This document shows, in pieces, positions 24,880 to 32,000 of a stretch of DNA of 32,000 nt. The DNA lies in assembly GCA_964479695.1 (NCBI GenBank), contig CAYZSO010000003.1, positions 60,567 to 92,566 of the forward strand, given 5' to 3'. Numbering within the stretch: position 1 is the first letter of the stretch; every line of letters starts with the position of its first letter. The translations under genes and the position numbers were made by a program. The stretch is from an uncultured Fastidiosipila sp. Lineage in GTDB: Bacteria > Bacillota > Clostridia > Saccharofermentanales > Fastidiosipilaceae. The notes beneath the pieces were generated by a model. That model worked only from the letters and a program-made list of their open reading frames with translations. It did not search any database and had not been told where the DNA came from.

Positions 24880-25599
24880 TTATTTCTTCAGTGCCAGATC
24901 TGGCTTAGCACCACGGACTTGTTCGAAGGCGGCGACCATGTCTTGCGAGGTGACCGTATCACTCAATGAGGAAGAAACCATGAATAACATCACGATGTCG
25001 CCTTGTGTGACGATCTGCAAGTCATCGGCCTCCACACAGATCCACTTCACCGGATCGATTCCGGCCAGCATCTCTTCCGCCACAAGCTTCGCGTCTGCCG
25101 GATCTTTCACCTGCACGAGAACCAATGAATATGCCTGCGAACTCATCATCGCTTCGGATACCGCAACATCCTTAACGAGACTGCTGTCTGTTAAACCGGT
25201 GTAGTACTGTAAATTGTCTTGATCCTGCAGATCAACCGTGATCGATCCCAGCATGAGCTCCGGCTGCTTGATCTGATAGAGTTCAGAAATTAGGCCAAAG
25301 AGCGCCGATTCAGCTACAGTCGTCCCGGGCAGAGGCTCTTCCGATGTGCCGGATTCTGAATTCTCCGGTGTTTCGGACTCCGTCTCTGCCGGTGTTTCGG
25401 ACTCCGTCGCTGCCGGTGTTTCGGACTCTGAAAAGGTAGGGGCCTCAGACTCTGTCGGAGCAGGAGTTTCGGATGACTGACCCGTCTGTTCGGTTGGGGT
25501 GGATGATTCAAGGCTTCCGCCACCTGTTTGTGCCGTTGTTTGACAAGCACTCACGGATAATAGGACGGCGGCAAGCGCGATCGCAAAGAATTTTCTCAT
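24880..25599 (-). CDS. lipoprotein with S/T/E/P repeat linker (DUF4358-like)
   Basis: Lipobox LSVSAC-Q. ESETPA repeats are followed by a globular C-domain. First gene of the MBOAT/DHHW string. Confidence 0.7.
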   Translation of the reverse strand: MRKFFAIALAAVLLSVSACQTTAQTGGGSLESSTPTEQTGQSSETPAPTESEAPTFSESETPAATESETPAETESETPENSESGTSEEPLPGTTVAESALFGLISELYQIKQPELMLGSITVDLQDQDNLQYYTGLTDSSLVKDVAVSEAMMSSQAYSLVLVQVKDPADAKLVAEEMLAGIDPVKWICVEADDLQIVTQGDIVMLFMVSSSLSDTVTSQDMVAAFEQVRGAKPDLALKK

Positions 25600-25732
25600 A
25601 AAGGTCCATCCAAACGTAATATTTTACTTGTGGCCGAAGGCCGGGAGTTCCGGCACAAATGGCCGGCTCCAAGACATTCACTATAGTAAACCACATTTTA
25701 GCGATTTGCGTACGAAATAAGCTACAAAAAAC

Positions 25733-25772
25733 AGAAAATTATTGAAGCAGACGAAAAATTATTGAAGCAGAC
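25733..25772. repeat. 20-nt tandem duplication (AAAATTATTGAAGCAGAC exact x2)
   Basis: Copies at 25733-25752 and 25753-25772 differ only in their first two bases. Confidence 0.85.
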
Positions 25773-25859
25773 GAAGCATCAGGGGAACTAACGAACCTGA
25801 ATTTGCGACACGCTCGTGGTATAGTAGTTTCCTAACGAATGTTGTGAGGAGGTCAGGTT

Positions 25860-26186
25860 ATGGCTGTTGCTGAAAATGTTGTATATGCCTTCCTGGAAGA
25901 GGAGAAGCGCACAGTCGCGCGCATCGGTGACAGAGAAATTGGTGAAGCAACGTATGTTGTCGAAGCCGGTGATCCTGACACATGGATCGCAAATCACACC
26001 TATACGGATAATGAATTCCGTGGCCAAGGCATCGCTGCCCTCTTGCTGGATCTGCTGGTCATAGAAGCCAGAAAACAAGGGAAGAAGATCCTGCCGCTCT
26101 GCCCCTATGCGGTCACTGTGTTCAAGCGAAACAAACAGTACCAAGAGATTGCGGATCCCAATTGGCTGAAGGAAAATAACCTTTAG
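25860..26186 (+). CDS. small GNAT-family N-acetyltransferase (YjdJ-like, ~100 aa type)
   Basis: 108 aa with an FRGQGIAALLLDLLV acetyl-CoA-loop-like motif. SD GAGGAGG. Confidence 0.7.
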   Translation: MAVAENVVYAFLEEEKRTVARIGDREIGEATYVVEAGDPDTWIANHTYTDNEFRGQGIAALLLDLLVIEARKQGKKILPLCPYAVTVFKRNKQYQEIADPNWLKENNL

Positions 26187-26220
26187 AAGTTTCAAGAGTA
26201 CAATCGCTTCAAGACACAAA

Positions 26221-26249
26221 GAAAGAAGAGACCCCGGGTCTCTTCTTTC
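26221..26249. terminator. bidirectional terminator between convergent genes
   Basis: 14-bp arms GAAAGAAGAGACCC and GGGTCTCTTCTTTC around a single C. T-rich on the plus side. Confidence 0.65.
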
Positions 26250-26273
26250 TTATCAAGCATGAGCAGCCACCAT

Positions 26274-27128
26274 TTACGGCCACAGAACAGAAGTCATGGA
26301 TAGTGAGCCCCAGAGATAATCCTGACAGAAGATTTCAGGGAGGGACGAGAGGGCTGAGAGGGACGAGAGGGCTGAGCGATCGGTCAATTCGCCATCAGTG
26401 CCAAGAGCCGCGCCCAATGCATAGTAAAAAGGCGAGAGGTGGTCAGGCCAAGCGGCAGCAATCTCTGCGCCGGTGATCTCTTCCCAGTTAAGCAACGTGT
26501 TCAGCGCTTCGGCCCGTTTCGCCGGATCCTCTTCATTGGCAAGGGCTAACGTATTCTTCACAATCGTTTCATCGAAAACCTGACAGACATCATACGCCTT
26601 CTCGCCAAGGCCGGGATTCACGGTGCGTAGGTTATGGACGATGTTCCCGCTGCCGAAAATCAGACAACCCTCGTCACGGAGCGGTGATAGCCTCTGGCCG
26701 ATTTTGAACCAGTACCTGGCATCCTGTTGACGATCACTGCTTAGTTGAACCACCGGAATTTGCGCCTCAGGATGGGTCTTGGATAAGACAGAGTAAGCCC
26801 CGTGATCGTAGCCCCTTTCCGGATCATCCGTCAGGTGGACCTGAGACCCCAAGAGTTCATGGACACGCTTGATCAGGGCAGATGAAGTCGGAGCCGGGTA
26901 AACATACTCGTACAATTCATCTGGGAAGCCATACATGTCATAAACCATCGGAGGCGTAGGATTCGTTTGTATTCTGGTACCCGAGGTATACCAATGCGCC
27001 GAAATCATCAGAATCGCCTGGGGGCGGGGCAATCTTCTGCCAAGCTCAGACCATTTACGCGTCCAAGAATTATCTTCCAAAATATTCATGGGACTGCCAT
27101 GACCAATGAATAGAACCGGTTGTTTCAT
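26274..27128 (-). CDS. ygiD: class III extradiol dioxygenase, YgiD/4,5-DOPA-dioxygenase family
   Basis: PVLFIGHGSPMN, ISAHW and FGSGNIVHNL motifs. SD GAGGAGG. Confidence 0.85.
   Translation of the reverse strand: MKQPVLFIGHGSPMNILEDNSWTRKWSELGRRLPRPQAILMISAHWYTSGTRIQTNPTPPMVYDMYGFPDELYEYVYPAPTSSALIKRVHELLGSQVHLTDDPERGYDHGAYSVLSKTHPEAQIPVVQLSSDRQQDARYWFKIGQRLSPLRDEGCLIFGSGNIVHNLRTVNPGLGEKAYDVCQVFDETIVKNTLALANEEDPAKRAEALNTLLNWEEITGAEIAAAWPDHLSPFYYALGAALGTDGELTDRSALSSLSALSSLPEIFCQDYLWGSLSMTSVLWP
26341..26376. repeat. perfect 18-bp in-frame tandem duplication inside the dioxygenase gene
   Basis: AGGGACGAGAGGGCTGAG x2, encoding SALSSL-SALSSL on the minus strand. Confidence 0.9.
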
Positions 27129-27268
27129 AAGTACGACCTCCTCAAGGGATCTCCACAGAGCCTTCTTGCCAACACGCTAGTTACATCGGCATGTTTTCTC
27201 TTGCCGTAAGATAGTACAGGCATAAATCAAGTATAAACTAAGTAAAGACTTATAAGGAGGCATTCACT

Positions 27269-27529
27269 ATGATTTGGAACGTATTGACTTGGGTTGTAGT
27301 GGGAGGACTCGCCGGTTGGGTTGCCAGCAAAATTATGAAGACCGATGCGGAGCAAGGCGCCATCGGCAACATCATCATCGGAATCTTGGGGGCCGTGATC
27401 GGTGGTGTGATCATCACCGCGATTGGCGGTCGAGGGTTTTCCGGCTTCAATCTTTGGTCCTTCCTGGTAGCGCTCTTAGGCTCTGTCATTTTGCTTTATC
27501 TCATCAAGTATTTTCGCGGTCGCCGCTGA
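27269..27529 (+). CDS. GlsB/YeaQ/YmgE-family stress-response membrane protein
   Basis: 86 aa with the GGLAGWVASKIM...GIxGAVIGG pattern typical of the family. SD AAGGAGG. Confidence 0.85.
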   Translation: MIWNVLTWVVVGGLAGWVASKIMKTDAEQGAIGNIIIGILGAVIGGVIITAIGGRGFSGFNLWSFLVALLGSVILLYLIKYFRGRR

Positions 27530-27545
27530 CCTCATCTGAGGGCTT

Positions 27546-27562
27546 CTTTGGCCAAAGCCGCC
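27546..27562. repeat. copy of the iterated palindrome (CTTTGGCCAAAGCCGCC)
   Basis: Intergenic, between the glsB-like stop and the terminator. Confidence 0.8.
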
Positions 27563-27573
27563 TCCACCAAACA

Positions 27574-27607
27574 AAACAGCCGTTTGCTAACTCGCAAACG
27601 GCTGTTT
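27574..27607. terminator. bidirectional rho-independent terminator
   Basis: 14-bp stem AAACAGCCGTTTGC with GCAAACGGCTGTTT, loop TAACTC. Lies between convergent genes. Confidence 0.75.
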
Positions 27608-27642
27608 CTGACAGGGGGGATGAGTTTATTCTAAGGGGCTTC

Positions 27643-28248
27643 TTAGTTTGAAGCGGTTTTATGAGCCGCACGCTGGATCACAACGCTCTGACGATATTCA
27701 GCCACATGAACCAAGTCAACCAAGGCATCGGCCAAGGTCTGCAAGAAGCTCACAGTTTCAGCCTTCGTGATCTCACCATTCTCATCAATAAGTTGGTGCA
27801 CGTTGCCAATGTAGGCTTCAGGCTGCTGGACGACAGGCATATTCAGGAAAGTCAGGGTTTGGCGCAGATGATGGTTCGCACCGAAACCTGCGATTGCACC
27901 GGGGCTTACGGAAACAACCAAAGCCGGCTTCCCGCTGAAATTATTGTGACCATAAGGTCTGGAACCTACATCCAACGCATTCTTCAGAACGGCCGGAACC
28001 GAACGGTTGTACTCAGGGGTAACGAACAGGTAGCCGTCAAGATCCTTGAGCTCGGCGCGGAACGCCTTGAATTCGGGATCCGTATTCTCCGGTGTGTCAA
28101 TATCTTCGTTATAGAAAGGCAGCTGGCCAATCTCAATGAACTTTGCTTGGAAATCTTGCGGCAGCAAGCTGACGATCTTCTCTGCGACGATTCTGGAAAA
28201 CGAACCGTCGCGCAAACTACCTACGATAACACCAATTGTTTTAGACAT
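27643..28248 (-). CDS. NAD(P)H-dependent FMN reductase (ChrR/YieF-like flavodoxin fold)
   Basis: IGVIVGSLRDGSFSR...LFVTPEYNRSVP. SD GAGGAGG. Confidence 0.88.
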   Translation of the reverse strand: MSKTIGVIVGSLRDGSFSRIVAEKIVSLLPQDFQAKFIEIGQLPFYNEDIDTPENTDPEFKAFRAELKDLDGYLFVTPEYNRSVPAVLKNALDVGSRPYGHNNFSGKPALVVSVSPGAIAGFGANHHLRQTLTFLNMPVVQQPEAYIGNVHQLIDENGEITKAETVSFLQTLADALVDLVHVAEYRQSVVIQRAAHKTASN

Positions 28249-28347
28249 GTATTTAATCCTCCTCGGAAATGTTTCTTACTGAAAAGAATGATACTAAACT
28301 GAAATATGCGTAAGGGAAACTTATGTTACGAAACCGAAATAAAATGA

Positions 28348-28369
28348 GGCGGCTTTGGCCAAAGTCGCC
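28348..28369. repeat. fullest copy of the iterated palindrome GGCGGCTTTGGCCAAAGTCGCC
   Basis: 22 nt with 9 pairable positions per arm around GGCC (one G-T). Lies in the divergent spacer upstream of gdhA. Confidence 0.85.
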
Positions 28370-28491
28370 CTTTCTTCATAAACTCATTCAGAAAAATACT
28401 AAATTTTCGTGAATCGCGGAAAATTTACTTCTTCCGAATTTACGATTCATGATCAATGAGAAAAAATCAGAATAAATCTCAAGACTGTGAT

Positions 28492-29891
<1,400 letters not shown>

Positions 29892-29940
29892 TCGTTATTG
29901 TTTCGTTTCGTTCCGTTCCCCCGTTTCGTCCCGTTCCCCG
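29892..29940. repeat. graded pentamer-like tract TTTCG, TTCCG, TTCCC directly after the gdhA stop
   Basis: tcgttattgtttcgtttcgttccgttcccccgtttcgtcccgttccccgg. CCGTTCCC at 29913 and 29931. Confidence 0.7.
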
Positions 29941-29960
29941 GAACCACTCATGTCATTACA

Positions 29961-29998
29961 AAAACCGGCCGTTTCACTTGAATCGACCGGCTTTTCTT
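29961..29998. terminator. imperfect hairpin plus T run between convergent gdhA and the EIIC-like gene
   Basis: AAAACCGGCCG ... CGACCGGCTTTTCTTT. The stem has mismatches. Confidence 0.4.
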
Positions 29999-30040
29999 TA
30001 TGACAGCAACAATAGGATTCACATTTGCAGTTTTACAGTT

Positions 30041-31192
30041 TTACAGATGCAAATCCAGGTCTCCGTACTTGATCCAGCCCTTCTTCCTCATGGGGATCGC
30101 AATGAGCCAGGTCAGTACAGCCGGCAACACAATGGCGATCAAGGCTAAGCCGAGCCAGTCAAACCAACCTGGCGTAATTGCCTGAGCACCGAATTCTCTA
30201 GCCCTCTCACTAGGCTCCATCCAGCCAGTGATGACCCCAATTGGCCCCACTAAGCCGGAAGTTCCCATTCCGGAGGCCAAAGGCGGGCCATTCATCTCTA
30301 TTTTGAAAAACATGGTTGCCAAAGGACCGGTAATCGCAGAAGCGAGCGTCGGAGGAATCCATACGCGGGGGTTCTTCAGGATATTGGGCATCTGAAGCAT
30401 CGAAGTACCGAGGCCTTGCGCCACGAGACCACCGCCTTTATTCTCCGGATAGGACAACACGGCGAAACCAACCATTTGCGCACAGCATCCGGCCAGTGCA
30501 GCGCCGCCCGCAAGGCCTACCAGGCCGATCCCGGCACAAATGGCCGCGGAAGAAATCGGCAGCGTCAGCGCCACCCCAATCACCACCGATACAACGACGC
30601 CCATAACAAAGGGCTGCTGTAAGGTTGCCCAATTGACCAGATCCCCGACAGACAATGCGGCTTGGCCAATCGCCGGAGCCCACCAAGCAGACAGGCCAAC
30701 ACCCACAAATAAAGTAACAAAGGGCGTGACGATAATGTCAACCGGTGTCTCTTTGTAAACGGCTTTACCACATTCCGCCGCAAAAATCGTCACGACCAGA
30801 ACCGCAATCGGCCCCCCGGCACCGCCCAAAGTATTCGCAGCAAGACCCACTCCAGCCAAAGAAAACAGGACCAAGCCTTTGGCCTTCAACGCATAGCCGA
30901 TCGCGACAGCCATGGCGGGACCTGTTGCCTGCATCGCGAAACTGCCGATCAGGAGCAGTAATTCCGTAAACTGGCTTTGGCCAAAAGCATTCTGAAGCTG
31001 TTGCCCCAACGTCTGAATAATCGTCCCAATCAAGAGCGACGAGAAAAGCCCCAGCGCCATCGCACCCATGGCTTCGATTCCGTACCGTTGAAACGAAAAC
31101 TCAATATCTTTGCGCTTCAGAAAGGCCTTGAACCCTCCCTTTTTCCCGCTACCCGGATCAGGGCTGACCAATTGATTCTCATAATCTGACAT
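30041..31192 (-). CDS. PTS EIIC-like membrane permease (PTS_EIIC_2-type)
   Basis: FLKRKDIEFSFQRYGIEAMGAMALGLFSSLLIGTI followed by a polytopic Gly/Ala-rich body. Start set at MSDYEN (31192) behind GAGGG. The track ORF extends to 31405. Confidence 0.7.
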   Translation of the reverse strand: MSDYENQLVSPDPGSGKKGGFKAFLKRKDIEFSFQRYGIEAMGAMALGLFSSLLIGTIIQTLGQQLQNAFGQSQFTELLLLIGSFAMQATGPAMAVAIGYALKAKGLVLFSLAGVGLAANTLGGAGGPIAVLVVTIFAAECGKAVYKETPVDIIVTPFVTLFVGVGLSAWWAPAIGQAALSVGDLVNWATLQQPFVMGVVVSVVIGVALTLPISSAAICAGIGLVGLAGGAALAGCCAQMVGFAVLSYPENKGGGLVAQGLGTSMLQMPNILKNPRVWIPPTLASAITGPLATMFFKIEMNGPPLASGMGTSGLVGPIGVITGWMEPSERAREFGAQAITPGWFDWLGLALIAIVLPAVLTWLIAIPMRKKGWIKYGDLDLHL

Positions 31193-31256
31193 AGAAATAC
31201 CCTCATGTTTCATTCTGTCTGTTTGACGATCTGTGTCATGCGTCGTTAGAAGTATA

Positions 31257-31281
31257 GCGGAAATTTCCCGGAAATTTCCGC
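31257..31281. promoter_or_regulatory. 25-bp perfect palindrome GC-GGAAATTTCC-C-GGAAATTTCC-GC (candidate operator)
   Basis: 12-nt arms around a central C. Each arm contains the self-complementary GGAAATTTCC. It abuts a minus-strand TATACT (31251-31256) upstream of the EIIC-like gene. Confidence 0.6.
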
Positions 31282-31357
31282 TTGCAAAGAGAATTGAGTG
31301 AAGCCGCAAGTGAGGGTCATAATTAGGGAACGGAAGGGAACGGAAATGAAGAATTTT

Positions 31358-31386
31358 TTGAAGCCAATTTCGGTCTATGGTAAAAT
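31358..31386 (+). promoter_or_regulatory. candidate sigma-A promoter of the ECF S-component gene
   Basis: TTGAAG (31358-31363), 17-nt spacer, extended -10 TGgTAAAAT (31378-31386). Confidence 0.5.
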
Positions 31387-31472
31387 CAAACACGATAAAG
31401 CTCATGAAGAGCTAAGCCTCCGGGCAGAGGATTCAGAAGAGTCTTCATAATCAAATTTTCGGAGGATTCACC

Positions 31473-32000
31473 ATGAATCGTATCAACTTGCGCCGCCTCA
31501 CACTGACGGCAGTCTGTGTGGCTTTGGGTGTCATTTTTCCACAACTTTTCCACGCCATCCCCAGAAGTGGAATGATCCTTTTGCCGATGCACTTGCCGGT
31601 TTTGCTGTGTGGCTTGCTGGCCGGCCCCGCCTGGGGTCTGATCTGCGGCGCCATAACGCCTCTCTTGTCCAACCTGGTTTCGGGGATGCCGCCTGCAGGG
31701 CCAATCCTCTATTCCATGATTTTCGAATTGGCGGTTTACGGCCTGCTGGCAGGACTCGCCTTCCAACTCATCCGCACGAAGTCTCTCGTTCTGGATCTCT
31801 ATTTGTCTCTGATCATTGCCATGTTAGGTGGACGAATTATTTATGGTCTGGCCAACGGTCTGATCTTCTCCGCCGGTACGGGGTACGGCCTTGAGGCTTG
31901 GTTCACCGCATCGTTTGTCACGGGACTTCCGGGGATCGCTATGCAGCTGGTTCTGATTCCGCTGCTGTATGGGGCTTTGGCCAAAGCCAAACTCACCATC
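31473..32000 (+). CDS. ECF transporter S component (substrate unknown), 3'-partial at window end
   Basis: My own translation: MNRINLRRLTLTAVCVALGVIFPQLFH...LLPMHLPVLLCGLLAGPAWG... The frame is open to the window end. SD GGAGG at 31461-31465. Not in the ORF track because no stop is present. Confidence 0.75.
   Translation, partial: MNRINLRRLTLTAVCVALGVIFPQLFHAIPRSGMILLPMHLPVLLCGLLAGPAWGLICGAITPLLSNLVSGMPPAGPILYSMIFELAVYGLLAGLAFQLIRTKSLVLDLYLSLIIAMLGGRIIYGLANGLIFSAGTGYGLEAWFTASFVTGLPGIAMQLVLIPLLYGALAKAKLTI

Noticed and set aside
27661-28302. 213-aa plus-strand ORF covering the FMN reductase locus
   Set aside because: The minus-strand frame has the flavodoxin-like NADPH:FMN reductase motifs and a GAGGAGG SD. 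The plus frame has neither.
27546-28369. Interpreting the GGCTTTGGCCAAAGCC palindromes as ordinary rho-independent terminators
   Set aside because: Copies occur inside coding regions and in a divergent promoter region (28348). The copy at 27546 is followed by a separate, much better terminator. Most copies lack a T run.
31193-31405. 71-codon N-terminal extension of the EIIC-like ORF
   Set aside because: It reads through the palindrome and GGGAACGG repeats. The ATG at 31192 has an SD and the conserved N-terminus starts there.
31386-31766. 126-aa minus-strand ORF opposite the ECF S-component gene
   Set aside because: Antisense shadow ORF. The plus frame shows the hydrophobic S-component pattern and a GGAGG SD.

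Overview
32-kb chromosomal window, about 50% GC. Firmicutes-type signals are present: GGAGG-type Shine-Dalgarno sites 5-8 nt from starts, Cys-lipobox lipoproteins, an ECF S-component and an [FeFe]-hydrogenase. I can support about 27 protein genes, one tRNA-Ser(UGA), and a ~1.75-kb decayed, AT-richer integrative element in the tRNA 3' end. That element has 20-bp att direct repeats, a frameshifted integrase, an XRE repressor and a zinc-ribbon gene. Recognisable genes: nicotinamidase-like hydrolase, DEAD-box helicase, two xylose-isomerase-fold TIM-barrel genes, GH13 alpha-glucosidase, serC, serA, small GNAT, YgiD-like dioxygenase, GlsB/YeaQ protein, FMN reductase, gdhA, PTS EIIC-like permease and a partial ECF S-component. 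Less understood modules: (1) a SatD-like/DUF3307 pair behind a ~140-nt C/A-only leader and twin palindromic operators; (2) a tightly coupled 4-gene operon of vWA lipoprotein, XpaC-like protein, PBP-like protein and TelA; (3) a minus-strand string of SBP, fused permease-ATPase, thioredoxin-like 2Fe-2S ferredoxin and [FeFe]-hydrogenase; (4) serC-serA translationally coupled to a TIM-barrel gene; (5) a lipoprotein/MBOAT/DHHW surface-acylation operon. Two sequence-level signals stand out beyond the genes. First, a palindromic motif (full form GGCGGCTTTGGCCAAAGCCGCC, core CTTTGGCC) recurs about 25-fold more often than chance, in genes in several frames and in spacers. Second, almost every spacer carries short degenerate tandem repeats, several of which start at or include the stop codon of the upstream gene. 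All calls come from reading the sequence and ORF translations; no database search or folding program was run.
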